Assembly: GCA_025594325.1 (NCBI GenBank)
Contig: JANHCV010000004.1
Coordinates: 1,054,001 to 1,118,000 of the forward strand
Reading direction: 5' to 3'
Length of the DNA stretch: 64,000 nucleotides
From: Blastocladiella emersonii ATCC 22665
Lineage: Eukaryota; Fungi; Blastocladiomycota
Shown: positions 34,049 through 46,386 of the stretch, piece by piece
How the letters are laid out: each line of letters opens with the position of its first letter
How positions within the stretch are numbered: the stretch's first letter is position 1
Program-made: the position numbers and the translations under genes
The notes under the pieces: model-generated
The model's input: only the letters and a program-made list of their open reading frames with translations
The model's database searches: none
Told to the model about the DNA's origin: nothing

Positions 34049-35041
34049 TCAAGAAACAATGGTGGACCGCAGCACGACGGCGGGCGCCGCCGCGAAGCTC
34101 AGAAGCACCTTGACGCCGCGCTGCTTAGTCGAACACGGCTTGGACTCGGACGAGACGGCGGACGCCTTGACGGTACTGGATGCACCGCCGAAGAGGCTGC
34201 CGATCCGGGCCTTGAAGGACGACCAGCGGGAGGTCAACTCGTGGTTGTCGACCAGCGTCTGATCGGACCCGAGCTCGGCCGAGAGAACGGCCAGGTTCGA
34301 GCCGACGCCGCTGATAACGCTCGCCTCGATAGTCTCCGCCGCCGCCACCACCTTGACCTCGGGGTCCACCGCGGCCGGGAACGCACTGCCACGGTGGCCA
34401 GCACGGCGGCGGACCCAGCGCAGCACGTTGCCAGCGGCGCTACGCTTCTTCCCGGCGGTAGGGGCAGCAGCGACAGGGGCGGGGCACGAGACGATCTCCT
34501 TGATGGGCGCCGCAGTCGACGCGAGGGTGTCGACGGCAGCCGGGACGTCGGTAGTCGGGGTGATGGGAGCGACAGCAGCCACAGCGACGGTCGTAGGCTC
34601 AAAGGAAGCGCGCAGGGTTGCCACATGAACCCCCACGAGCGTCTCGAGCACGACCGCCGCCGCCGTCGCAGGACCCGCCGTAGCCGACTTGGACTTGGCG
34701 GAGTCGCCCTGCACGAGCTGGCCGTTGTTGCCGGCAAAGTTGGCGACGTTGACCTGGTCCGAGGACCGCAAGCACGCCGAGCGCGGGCTGGTGCCGGCGG
34801 GCGAGCCGGGAGCAGTCGCGAGCTGCTCGAACCGGTCCTTGAGGGTGCCGACCTTGGGGGTCGGCGTTGAGTCGACAACGCACTCGTTGTCGGCGACCTT
34901 GTTCTCGGGCACGTTGCGGCCGCTGGTGCCGTTCGCGGGAGCGACCACGACGCGGAGCGAGTGCTTGACCAAGGACACGGGCGACTTGGGCGACGACGGC
35001 GACGACGAGACGGGGGCGGCAAGAGCAATCGAGGCAGACAT
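34049..35041 (-). CDS. Hypothetical Ala/Ser/Val/Pro-rich protein, about 330 aa
   Basis: Open frame with GC3-rich, host-like codon usage and ACCATG start context. No domain recognised. Confidence 0.6.
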   Translation of the reverse strand: MSASIALAAPVSSSPSSPKSPVSLVKHSLRVVVAPANGTSGRNVPENKVADNECVVDSTPTPKVGTLKDRFEQLATAPGSPAGTSPRSACLRSSDQVNVANFAGNNGQLVQGDSAKSKSATAGPATAAAVVLETLVGVHVATLRASFEPTTVAVAAVAPITPTTDVPAAVDTLASTAAPIKEIVSCPAPVAAAPTAGKKRSAAGNVLRWVRRRAGHRGSAFPAAVDPEVKVVAAAETIEASVISGVGSNLAVLSAELGSDQTLVDNHELTSRWSSFKARIGSLFGGASSTVKASAVSSESKPCSTKQRGVKVLLSFAAAPAVVLRSTIVS

Positions 35042-35483
35042 GGTGGTCGTATGGGGAACGGAGTCTGCGATGAGAGAGTCTTGTCGAAGGGTGTGGAGAG
35101 CAAGAGCTGGAGGACAGCGGGGGCTGGGCCGCATTTTATAGCCAGTCTCGTCCGTGTGCATTTCTCTAGCGCAGCGGGTCGGCAGGACTCGTCGAGCTGC
35201 TCATTTGTCGAGGGGAGACGAGGGGAGACGAGATGAATATATGCAGGGCCGGAGGGTCCCAGGTGACTTGGGTGGCGCAGCTTCGAGCGAGCCGAGCCAC
35301 CTCAGTCGCGTCGCGTTTCAGGTCGCTCCCGTTCGACGACACACTCAAGCTCGAGCGGGAACGAGGCGGTATTTGAAATGGCAGAATGAATTAGATCAGA
35401 CGATCATGGGGATGGATAGTGATACATAATGGGCGATGCAGCGCGGTTGGCGCGCGCTCGAGCGACACACAAACGGTCACGGC

Positions 35484-35909
35484 TTAGACGCGACCCGAGA
35501 CAAGCGGCGGCAGGCCCTCGCGGCCGACGACAAACGACTCGACCTTCTCCATGAGGTCGGCCGTGGTGGCCGCGGCGTTCTTGGTGAGCCCGACACCGCC
35601 GCCGATGATGCCCGTGTTGCCCGTGAAGGACTCCTGCGTCGTGCCGAGCGTGATCGAGGTCGCGCGCAGGCCGTAGAACAGCGCCGTGAAGAGGGCCACA
35701 CCGCCGAGCGCGATCCAGAAGGAGAAGAACAAAATGGGCCCGAGGAACAGGAGCCCGAACCCGAGGATCCCGCCCTCGACGACGAGCACGCCGACCGTCG
35801 CGATGGTCGCCACGATCCCGAACGAGATGGCCGCGTACGTGAGGAAGATGAGGTTCGGGATGGCCGTCAGCGCGCCAAACGCGTAGGTGAAGGCACGGGG
35901 GCCGGGTAG
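35484..35909 (-). other. Promethin/LDAF1 (Ldo45-like) lipid-droplet membrane protein coding segment lacking an in-frame start
   Basis: LTAIPNLIFLTYAAISFGIVATIATVGVLVVEGGILGFGLLFLGPILFFSFWIALGG matches the promethin hairpin pattern (P..FL....V..EG....GG..L) as I recall it. The upstream in-frame ATG at 35933 is blocked by TAA at 35921-35919. Confidence 0.55.
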
Positions 35910-36027
35910 CTTGTCGTGTTATAAGTTTGACATTCGGACATGCTTCCTGAAAAGGTTCGATGCGACCAACTAATTAGAAAGTGACCAACTAATTAAAAAG
36001 TTTTCTATCACACAATAGCTACCCAGA

Positions 36028-38123
36028 TCACGGCTCCTTCTCCTTAGCCGCGCCTCCGCGACCCATCAACGTCTCGCTCGCGCTCGCGCTCTCACCCGAC
36101 TGCTGCTGGTGCACGAGGTTCACCGTACTCCCGACCTCGCCCGCACCAGGCTGCTCGACATAGTGGTCATCCTCGACCTCGCCGCCCGCGGACGTCAGCG
36201 CCGGCGCATCCCCCGCGCGCGATCCGTCGAGCGACGTCGCGTCGTCGGCCTGGTGCGAGTGCGGGAGCGCCGGAACGGGTTTCCGGCTCAGCGGCTCGCG
36301 CCGGCTGCCCGTGCTCTTGTCTGCGGCGCTGGCGGGGTTGAGCTCGGGCTCGCAGTCGTGCGGAGGCGGGGTCGGTGGCTGACCGGCGACGTTCGAGGCA
36401 GCGCTGCCGCTCGGCGTGAGCGTGGGCCGGCGTTGCGGGAGCGGCGGAGGCGGGGCCTGCTGCCGTTGCGCCGAGATGGGCGATGGCGAGGCCGAGTCGA
36501 GCGCGTCCGAGTCCTGGAACGACTCGAGCGCGGGGACCTCGGTCGCGGGTGGCGTGGAGCGAGGTGGAGGTGGCGGGGCGTAGTGGGCGATGAGGCGCTT
36601 GATGGCGCAGATCCAGTCGACCATGGACTATTCATGCGTCGAAGAGTCAGCGTCACGCACGCCCGATGCCAACGGAAACGACGAACCTCTTCAGACTCGG
36701 CCTTGAGGAGGTACCGCATCTCCTTCTTCTTGATAGCGAAGATGCCCGTCTCGCGCGGCGGCTGGACAATGATCTCGAACGAGTGGTCGTAGGGCTTATT
36801 GGTGGCGACGTTGACGGCGGTGAGCCCCTGGCGGAGGCAGATGGAGAATAAGATGTTGGGCATCTTGGGCTTGGCGCCGTTGCCGACGCCCGACTCCTCG
36901 GTAGGCGAGCGCGGGAGCGACGACGACGTGCGGCCGTTGGACCCGTTGGACGGGGCGGGCGAGATGTAGGCGGGGTTCTTCTCCTCAAAGCAGTGGAGGA
37001 AGCCGAGGTCCGACAGGACGAACCACGAGGGCTTCCACTTGGACTTGAGGATGGTGCCCTGGCGCAGGATGACGCCCTGGCGGGCGATGCCCTCGGCGGT
37101 GCCGACCTCGACGCGGTACGGGAACGCGGCCACGGACCGCGGCGTGTGCCAGATGGGCGAGCCGTGGAGGTTGGTGTCGGCCGAGAAGGAGGCGAACGGC
37201 CACGTCGCGTCGTACCCCGCAATGGTGAGCTGCATCGAGACGAGCGTCTCGCGGAACGTGGGCATGGAGGTGACGCGCAGCTCGAGGTACTCGCCGACAA
37301 TCTGCTTGAGGGTAGCGAGACAATGGGTCTCGCACTCGCGGGCGGCGTCAATGGCGGCGAGCATAGCGGCCTGGTACCGGTTCTCGCGGTCGACGTTATC
37401 GAGCAGCTGCATGTGGAGGGCCATTTCGGTGAGCCACGGGTCCTGCAGGTCGCCGACGGAGGCGCGGCGCGCGGCCATGACGGAGTGGGCCTTGACGTGA
37501 GCGGCGATGGCGATCAGGGTCTCGTTGCGCGACTTGGTGATGGCGCTGCTCTCGCGCTCGATGGCGGTGCGCAGGTCCTTGTACTTGCGGGCGTGGCACG
37601 AGATGGCCGCGTCGAGCTGCTTGACCGTGGTCTCGCGGACGTGGCGCGCGTACGCCTGGTGCTGGTCGGCGAGCGCATGGAAGCTCGCGACGGTGCCCTT
37701 GAGGCCAGGGCCGACGACCGACTCGTCTACAGCGAGGCGAGGTGAGGTCAGCGCGCGGTCCGAATCCTAGGGCAAAGACGAGAGCGCACCAATCGCCTCG
37801 ATCTTGGCCGGGTTCTCGACACCGTTGGGCAGCCCGCGGAACTGCTTGAGCGCCTTGCGGTACTCCTTGGCGACAGTCGTGTCGGCGGCCTCGACGGCTG
37901 CGAAGAAGTTGGTGGCGTCCTCGAGCAGGGCGCGGTGCGACTTGATGCGGTCGAGCAGCGTGAAGAGCAGGCGGCTCTGCTCGGGCGAGTGCGGCCACAG
38001 GCGCGCCATGGTCAGCTCGAGCGGCGGCGCGGGCGGCGACACTGGCGACGGCAGGATGTCCGCGGCAGAGCCGACGGACGACGCCATGCGCGACGGCGGG
38101 GCGGGTTTGGACATGGTTGACAT
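36028..38123 (-). CDS. Slm1/Slm2-like BAR plus PH-domain protein, 2 introns
   Basis: Helical N-terminal BAR-like region, then PH domain RQGVILRQGTILKSKWKPSWFVLSDLGFLHCFEE...HSFEI..YLLKAESEE|.MVDWICAIK. Confidence 0.78.
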
Positions 38124-38645
38124 GGTGGGTCTAGTTGCGATGCATCTAATTGTAGGGTTATGAGAGGAGAGAGGGGACCGCGCGCGAGGGACTCGTGGAA
38201 ACAAGAAGGCGAAGTAGCCGGAGGGGGCACACGCGGGCCCACGGCGACGCGTCGCGGGCAGGCGGCTGTCTCGCGTCTCGCGGCGCCACGCCACCCGCCG
38301 TCGTGTCGCGACGCGTGATGCGTGGCGCCGATCCCGTTCATGTGCTGCTGTTGGTTGGCCGCACCGCAGAGCCGGAAATACGACGCGTCGCGGCGCGTCC
38401 ACCGGTCCTCTCGCCGCCGCCGCCGCCGTCGGCCCGCCGCGGCGGGTGATGTGGGGACCGGGTGTGGCTGGCGCGAGCGAGCAAGCGAGCACTCGTCGTT
38501 CGTCGTCGCTCGCCGGCTTCTTCTCCCGCCCCCGCCAACCCCATCGCTGTATTGCCCATGTATACTAGCCGCTAGGTCGGCGCAACGGACGCGCAGCAGC
38601 ACGCACTACCACCATTCCATACCACCCTCGCGTCGTGCTCCCGGC

Positions 38646-40261
38646 ATGCTGGCAGGAACTGCATCCGGCGCGGCCTACTCCAAGGTCCCGCTCGTAGGCG
38701 CCGACGAGGGGCTCTTGCCCACCAGCGCAGCGACGACCACGTCACACGATGTGGCCGCCAAGCACCGCCCATCGTCCCTGACGTCGCGCTGCTCGGACGA
38801 CGACGACCTATTTGACAGCGGGCTCGACACGGCGCTCATGGGCAGTTGCGGCGACAATGTGCCGTTTGAGCGGTTGCAGGTCCTCGACGAGGCGCCAAAG
38901 AGCTCGGTTCTCGGCGCCGTGCTCAACTTCACCAACAGCATCATTGGCGCGGGCATCATCGGCCTCCCGTACGCGTTCCGCCAGGCCGGGTTCGTGCTGG
39001 GGCTCGGACTTCTGGTCGTTCTCGCGTTTGTCGTCGGTACGCTGGTCTGCGACCGCCTGTTCGGGTGAGCGCTGACCCCGCGACGTATAGCGTGGACCGT
39101 CGTGCTGCTCGCCAAGTGCGGCAAGCTGAGCTCCACGTCGTCGTACCAGGCGCTTGTCGACGCGACGTTTGGCGGACGCGGGCAGTTTCTCATTGCCTTC
39201 TTTCAGTTCATTTTTGCCTTTGGCGGTACGCTCAACCCCCCTCCCACCAGCACGCCCACGGTCCCGCTCGCTTACGTCCCCAAACACAGCCATGTGCGCA
39301 TACCAGGTGATCATCGGCGACACGCTCCCGACCGTCATGACCGCGCTGCTCGGCGGCGGCAGCAGCAGCAGCAGCAGCGAGCACTGGTTCCTCGCGCGCG
39401 ACTTTATCATCGTCGTGACCACGCTGCTCATCCTGCTCCCGCTGTCGCTCCAGCGCGACATGTCCGCCATGTCCAAGACCTCGGCCGTGTCCATGGCCTC
39501 CATCATCATGATCGTCCTGACCGTCATCTACAGCGCCATCCGTCTGCCCGCCGAGCTGCGCGGCGACCCGGCCGAGCGGTTCACCGTGGTCGGCGAGAAC
39601 CCGATCAAGGCCATCGGGGTCATCTCGTTCGGTACGTGCACCCTCGCCTCCGCCGCTCCCACACGTCTACTCACCCTCCGACTCTTCCGCAGCCTTCATC
39701 TCCCACCACTACACCTTCATCGTGCTCAACTCGCTCGACACGCCCACGCTCGACCGGTTCGCGCGCGTGACGAACCTGTCAGCGGGCATCTCGCTGGTCG
39801 CGTGCGCGCTGCTCGCCGTGACGGGCTTCGTGACCTTCACCTCGTCGACGCAGGGCAACGTGCTCAACAACTTTCCCTCGGACGACCTCGGCGTGAACCT
39901 CGCCCGCCTCGCGTTTGCGCTCAACATGTTTACGACGTACCCGATGGAGGTGTTTGTCTCGCGCCACGTCCTTGAGGACTACTTCTTCCCGACGACGTCG
40001 AGTGGAGGGCGGACGCCGACGGCAAGACACGTCGCGTGGACGCTCGGCGTGGTCGCGGCGTCGACGCTGATCGCGGTCGCGACGAGCGACCTGTCGGCGG
40101 TGCTCGAGGCCACGGGCGGGATCGCGGCGACGGCGATCGCGTACATTTTGCCGCCGTGGTGCTGGCTCAAGCTGTCCAAGGTGCCCGGCCCAACGCGGTA
40201 CGCGTGCTACGCGTGTCTTGCGTTTGGCGCCGTGGTCATGGTTCTCTCGATGACGACGTGA
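38646..40261 (+). CDS. Amino acid transporter, AAAP family (Avt2/SLC38A11-like), several introns
   Basis: SSVLGAVLNFTNSIIGAGIIGLPYAFRQAG, multiple TM helices, AIGVISF, QGNVLNNF, LNMFTTYPMEVFVSR. Confidence 0.9.
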
Positions 40262-40307
40262 GGCGAGAGAAAGAGTAATACAAAAAACTATGTGTACGCG
40301 ATGCGCT

Positions 40308-41849
40308 CTACTTGCGCATCTTGACGGCCTCGTTGGGGTTCTTGCGTCCGTGGCCGATGCTGGGCGGGCGGAGCGGGCCGTCGCCGAACAGCTTCTCGTC
40401 CCACTCCTGCTTGGCCTGCTTCTTCTTGAGATGCTCGTAGTTCTTCATGCGGACCTGGAACTCGTGCTGGTCCTCGCGCAGGACGAGCGAGTCGCCGCCG
40501 CGGCCGCCCTTGTTGGTGGGGATCGAGTAGACGTTGCCTCGGAGGCGGTACTGGAAGTTCTTCTTGAGGTGGAGCTTGAGCTCGCCGTTCTCGATCGTGT
40601 ACGAGGTGCGGATCAGCGTGTTGCCGCCGCCGCACGACGGGCAGAACCGCTTGTCCATGTCGGTGGTGGTGCGGAAGCACGCGTGGCACCGCAGCAGCCA
40701 GTTCTTGAGCCGCCGCACGTGCATGCCGTCGAGCGACAGCAGGTGCATGCCCATCTGCAGCAGCACGTTCTGCACCGCGAAGTCGTCCGTCATGCACGAC
40801 ACGTCGGGCACCTTGGCGTCGGGCGCCGTGCGCGACCCGTTCAGCGTGATCTCCTTGGCCCGCTCCACGTTCGAAGGCGTGATCCACCCGGCGTTCATGT
40901 CCTCCTCGTTGTCCGAGTCGGCCTCGACGAAGCCCGGCATCTTGCGGAACTCGACGTCGGCGAGCGACGAGTCCACAGCGGTCTCCTCGGTCGCCTCGGG
41001 GACAGCGGCGGGCGCCGCCATCTCCTCCTCGTCGTCGTCGCCCTCGAGCGCCATGGCGTCGAGCTGCGCCTGGAGCTCGTCCTCGGTCACGGTCTTCCCG
41101 AAGGCGCTTTCGGAAGCGGCGAGCGGGGCGACGGGGGCAGGGGCAGCAGCAGCGGGAGCAGGGACGGCAGCAACGGCGGGCTTGCGCGGCGCCGGGGCAG
41201 GGCCGGCGGGGCGGCGGGCACGGTTCTTCTTGCGCTTGGGCGCCATGAAGCCGTCGTCCTCGTCGGCGGCAGACTCGACAGCAGCAGCGGCAGCGGGCTC
41301 CTCGGTGGCGGGCTCGGCCGTCTCCGTCTCGGCATCAGCAGCCTCGGCAGCGTCCGCACCGGCCTCGGCGGCGGCAGCAGCCTCGGCCTGCATCTTGTTC
41401 TTGCGGCGATTCCGCTTCTTCTTCTTCTTAGGCGCGTCAGCGCCCTCCCCCTGCTCCGCCTCCTCGTCAACCGGCTCGCCCGCCGCAATCGCCGCGGCGC
41501 GCGCCTCCTCCTTCATCTTCTTCGCGGCAGCCTCCTCGGCCTGGGTCAGCTGCCAGGTGAGCGCGAGGACTCGGAGATCGGTGAGACTGAGGGAGGGGAA
41601 ATCGCCCGTCTTCTTGGCAAAGGCCGAGACGGCGGCAATGGCGTCGGCGGACGGGTGCATGACGTCGATGGTGAAGGGCAGGCGGGCGAGGGCCTCGCGG
41701 GCGCGCGCGTCGCGAACCTCGTCCAGGACATCGGGGATAGTCACCACGCGGTCCGACGCCAGGTGGTACAGGGGCGCCTGCTTGATCAGCGGCGCCGTGT
41801 CCAGGACCAGGATCCGCGTCTTGTGCTTTGGCACGGTCGTCGATTTCAT
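40308..41849 (-). CDS. NOB1: 20S pre-rRNA D-site endonuclease Nob1 (PIN plus zinc ribbon), intronless
   Basis: ILVLDTAPLI, LSLTDLRVLALT, GWITPSN, CMTDDFAVQNVLLQMG, LRCHACF...FCPSCG, KNFQYRLRGNVYSIP, LREDQ. Confidence 0.96.
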   Translation of the reverse strand: MKSTTVPKHKTRILVLDTAPLIKQAPLYHLASDRVVTIPDVLDEVRDARAREALARLPFTIDVMHPSADAIAAVSAFAKKTGDFPSLSLTDLRVLALTWQLTQAEEAAAKKMKEEARAAAIAAGEPVDEEAEQGEGADAPKKKKKRNRRKNKMQAEAAAAAEAGADAAEAADAETETAEPATEEPAAAAAVESAADEDDGFMAPKRKKNRARRPAGPAPAPRKPAVAAVPAPAAAAPAPVAPLAASESAFGKTVTEDELQAQLDAMALEGDDDEEEMAAPAAVPEATEETAVDSSLADVEFRKMPGFVEADSDNEEDMNAGWITPSNVERAKEITLNGSRTAPDAKVPDVSCMTDDFAVQNVLLQMGMHLLSLDGMHVRRLKNWLLRCHACFRTTTDMDKRFCPSCGGGNTLIRTSYTIENGELKLHLKKNFQYRLRGNVYSIPTNKGGRGGDSLVLREDQHEFQVRMKNYEHLKKKQAKQEWDEKLFGDGPLRPPSIGHGRKNPNEAVKMRK

Positions 41850-42301
41850 GGTGGATGCGTTGCAGTTAAGGTGGCACACACGTCGGGCACGACAGGGTTG
41901 CTCGAGGTTGCTTACGGCGGCACGGCAGGGTGGCGTGTGGCGGCGGGCGAGGTGAGATGCGCGCGCGAAGCTCAGCTGACGCTGGGTGACCCGTCGCTGG
42001 GGCCTCTCGACTCCTCTCTCCTCTACCCTTGAATGGTGTACCCATATCACGTCCAAATGAATCGTTACTTGAAGCAATATGTTTCTCATTGTCAGGAAAA
42101 TGATGCTTCGGCGCCTGGCAGTCGCATCGCCCGCCCGAGGATGACTCATCGATACCGGAAGCAGCATCGTTCATCAGTCTGCTCGAGATCGAGCGCCTGA
42201 GCTTGAGGCCGCACTGCTCGCACGGCCGCCGAGCCATCGAGTTCACAAACGGTTTCCATTCCGGCCCAACATCATCTTCCCATCAAATGTTACGCCGCTC
42301 G

Positions 42302-44544
42302 TCAGATCTCGCACTCGACAAAGAACACGAGGAAGAAGCACAGGACGAACACGAGGAGGAACGTGACGAGGTACACGAGGTTCTCGGGGACGACGAACTT
42401 GACGAGCAGCGACCCGGCGACCACATACGCGACGAGCGTGATCTTGAGCACGTTGTTCCCGTTGCGGAACGCGCGCCGCACGCGCCCGCGCCACGTCCCG
42501 TCGTCGGCTTCGTCGAGCCCCTCGATCGTGTAGTGGAACCCGGCGAGCGCCGGGTGCGGCTCGAGGTTGTCGCCCGCACCGCCGCCATCTTGAGGGAGGA
42601 CCACGGTCGTCGTGCTCGGGATCGTGAACAGGACCGCATCGTCGGCCTCGACCGCCTGCGCCTTGAAGTAGTTGCGCACCGACGACTTCATCAGGAAATC
42701 GTCGTCGGTCCCGAAATACTTGGCCTCGTACTGCACCACCTGCCGCTTAGGCGCCGGCGAGTTGGCACCCGCAACCGTCCCCGCCACGGGCTTTGTCCCG
42801 GCGCGAAGCCGCGCAGATGCCGGGCCGCTCGCCGTCGGACTGACCCCGCTGGCCACCTCGACGACGGCCGCGCCGCCCGGCACCACCGCGGCTGCCGCCG
42901 CGTTGCGCTTGGTCGTCAGCAGCTGCGTGACCTGCTCTCCGCAGTGCAGCGACACCCAGTCCTCGACCGTGAGCGGCGTGCTGTCGGCGTTGAGCGCGCG
43001 CTCGTTGCGGTACGAGACACTGCGGATCTTGAAGTAGGGTTTCTCCACCCCACCACCCACCCCGCCCGCGCCGCCGCCGCGCGACTTGGAGTAGAACTGG
43101 TCCAACCAGTCCCAGTGCCGCCGGTCGGCCGCCGTCGGCGACCCCGCGGCCGCCGCCTTCTTCTTGTGCGCGGCCGACGTCGACATGGACCGCGTGAGCC
43201 GCGGCGTGCCGCGGTTCGTGGTGCGCCCGCGCGGATTTGGCGACGACGAAGATGCCGAGACCGGGTGCAGGACGGCGGGCTGCGCGATATCGACGCGGCC
43301 GAGATCGAGCTCGGGCGCGTTGGGCGCTGTCGGCGACGACTTGGCAATGAACTGGTAGATGTCGTCGGCGCTCGGACGGCGTTTCATGGACGTGCCACCA
43401 GCGGCAGCGCCGCCGTTGGACTCGAGGACCGTCGTTGGGTCCGTCAGCACGAGGCGGAGCTTGCGGCGGTCGCCACCGCTGCTACTGCTTCCCTCGCCCG
43501 TGGGCGAGGTGGCGGCGGGCGGCGGGAACAGCGCGTCGCGAATGTGCTCGGCGAGCGTCTTGGCGGGCGGCTTGCCGAACAGCATGGCGGCGCGCGAGCT
43601 CTTGACCGACGATGTGGGGGAAACGGGGCTCGCGCGTGCCGACTTGCCGCCGCCGCCGCTGCCCTTGCCCTCGGCCAGGCCCGCGGCACGGCGAGCCTCA
43701 AAGTACGCGTCGGGGGTCACGGCGTAGTAGTGCACGTCGCCCACGATCGTCATATTGTTGAGCGGCTACGGGGCGAGGTCAGCAACATAGTGAGAGCCAG
43801 CAGGCGCGATGCACGGAAAACGCACGTTCTTGGCCTTCATGCGGTGCAGCAGCCCCTCCTCGGGCTGGGTGCGGAACAGGACCTTGTTGATATGGTGCGC
43901 GGCGTAGAAGCTGTGGTAGAACTTGGTCTCGTCGTGCGGGTCGACCGTGACGACGCGCGCGAGGATGAAATCCTTTCCGCGCTCCGCGCACAGCGCCATG
44001 AGCGACTCGAACGACTCGATCGTGAACGGGTCCTCGTTCTCGGCGTCGATCACGTCCACCAGGTGCTTGCCCGCGCTCGTCGGCGACAGCTCCGGCAGCG
44101 CCTGCCGCGGCGACGTGATGTTGGCCGAGTGCACCACGATCGTGTCGACGGCCGCCGGGTCCGCGGTCCCGCTCGGTACACCGACGATGCGGATGAAGGC
44201 GCGGCTTGGACCCACGTCGTCGTCGGTCCGCGGCGTCGTCCCGATCTCGACGACCTGCGGCGGCGAGTCGGGCCGCTGCGTCGAGACGGTCAGGCCGGGG
44301 CCGCCGGGGCCGCCGCTGCCCGCCTTGCCCGTCGTAGCGGGCTCCTTGCCGATACCCGGCTCATTGAGCTCTACACGGAGACGAGATGTGAGGGATTGCA
44401 TCCATCGCGCATCGCGGACCCAGGCGTACTCGCGACGGAATCTGGGCTCAGGAGCGTGGGCGTGCTGACATCTTCGTTGATGGACGACATGTCCGAGATG
44501 TCCATATCAGGCTCTTCGGACGTCGGGACGGGCCGGTACGACAT
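42302..44544 (-). CDS. Conserved hypothetical protein with two C-terminal TM helices (DUF5092-like, tentative), 2 introns
   Basis: NEDPFTIESFESL...KDFILARVVTVDP..FYHSFYAAHHINKVLFRT...LLHRMKAKN|PLNNMTIVGDVHYY and AKYFGTDDDFLMKSSVRNYF. The family name is from memory and unverified. Confidence 0.6.
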
Positions 44545-44888
44545 CCGGCCGCGAGGGAGGTGGTGGTGGTGGTGCAGTTGGCGGGGATTCAGGCCGCGGT
44601 ATGATCGGGGTCAAGGACGGCCCCGGTCATGGAGTGCTCGCTTCGTTGCAGGGGGTCGTTTTGTTTGACGTGAGTATCAAACGATCATGCGGAGAAGGGC
44701 GGGGTGGTGTCCGCGAGTCGGGGGCGAGACCGCAAAATGTCTCCCACCACGCGAGCGCGCGCGAGAGAGGTCCACGCGTCGAGGAATCATGTGACTGTCC
44801 TGTCTCGCACTTTGTCTCTCAGCGTTTCGCTCGCGAGCGGGGAGGGTCAAAAAGGGAACTGTACACACGAAAATACAAAAATAGGATA

Positions 44889-46386
44889 TCACGCCGACGC
44901 GTTCTGGTGCGGCCGCTGCTGCGGGTGCGCGAGGAGCCGCGTGAACGCCTTGGCGAGGCGGTTCCAGCTGCGCGAGACTTCGAAGAACCACGACGCGTCC
45001 GGCGGGACGCGGTACGTGACAAAAGCGTTGTAGATCTCCTACACAGGGTGGACGCGGTCGTGAATTTGAGCGGCAAGGCGCGTGGGACGGGGTATGGTTC
45101 GGACCTGCGGAAACGTGTCGTCGCTTGGCGGGTCGTGGATGTAGATGAGGTCGAAGAAGACGCGTTTCGTCGCGTAGAGCGCGTTCATGGCCTAGAAACG
45201 CATGCCAAGAGGTCAGCAGTGCCCGATGGTCGCGGAGACACACAACGTACTGCGTCCGTCGACATGTCCGGGAACACGTTGCTGCGCGAGTACAGCATGA
45301 TGATGCGGACGACCTGGTCGTTGTCGCGCGAGTCGACGTGGAGCGTCTCCTGGATGAGCGTGAAGAGGCTCGACATGTCTGAAGCCCCGGCAGGTTAGCA
45401 GCGGCAGAGTCCACAGGAAGCGAGGCAGGCGCACCGAAGGTGTGGAACGAGCCTGTCGTGCTGAGGTTGTCGATGGCCATGGATAGGAACTCGAGGTCGG
45501 TGGACGGCACCATGTACATTTGAGCTTTCGACTCGAGTGTGATGATCCCGAACTTGTGGCCTATACGGACGGGTTCAGTGAGTCTCGATTCCGAGTCAAT
45601 GAGTGAGCTAAGGTGTGCGTACTCGGCTTGAACATGCGCTTGAGGTAGATGAACCGCTTGAGCAGCTGCTTGGTCTCGTCGAGCCGCGATCTGGACGGAC
45701 AATGGGTAAGTCAAGTACATGCGGCCCAGCAGGACGCAGGGAGCGCACCGTTGCTCAGCCGGGTTGAGCGGCTGCCCGTTCTCGTCGTGGAGATCGATAC
45801 AGAACAGCTACATCCCCACCCGCCCTCGTCAGCTCATCCGCAAGCACTCGCGTCGCTCGAAACGCACAATGTTCTCGTCGACATTCGACGCGAGCTTCTG
45901 CTGCCGCCCCGCATCCGCGTTGACGACCGAGCTGCTGCCGAAGCTCGACCGCGACCCCGCGACCGCCGACACCATATTCCCGACGCTCCCGCCGGGCGTG
46001 TTTCCGCCGAGCAGCAGCGACGAGACAGACCGCAGCTCCTTGAAGATCCGCTCCGTCGGCGTCTGCGCGCGCGTCGGCGAGAAGGGCGAGGTGGCGGCGA
46101 GCGACGTCGAAGGCGGGAGCACGCTCAGGCTGCCCGTGCTAGAGCGCGGCGCGCCTGCGGCGGCGCTCACGCTCGACGCGGGGCTCTTGCCGGGTCCCGG
46201 GATCGACAGCGGCACCGCGTCGCTGAGGTCGAGCAGGTCAAACGTCAGGAGCGACGAGGGCCGCGGGGTCCCGTTGAGGGACGAGTTGGTCGAGGTGCGC
46301 CCGCGCGACGCCGTGGCGGGGCTCGCGACGGAGATGTTAAGGTCCGAGTGGGCGTCCTCGAGCGGGTGCAGCCTTGTTGATGACAT
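44889..46386 (-). CDS. BABAM1: BABAM1/MERIT40 (BRISC and BRCA1-A complex vWA subunit) homolog, 6 introns
   Basis: Spliced by eye: NVDENILFCIDL...KRFIYLKRMFKPSHKFGII...FDMSSLFTLI...VVRIIMLYSRS...VFFDLIYIHD...RLLAHPQQRPHQ. This matches the MERIT40 blocks EKVIICLDL, HEFAL, FNLEGLF, VRTILVYSR, FFFDVVYIH, KLLAHPLQRP. Confidence 0.87.

Noticed and set aside
33621-34262. 213-aa plus-strand ORF as a real gene
   Set aside because: Non-ATG start, 3' part overlaps the 34049 gene in antisense, and no recognisable domain. Kept only as a possible fragment.
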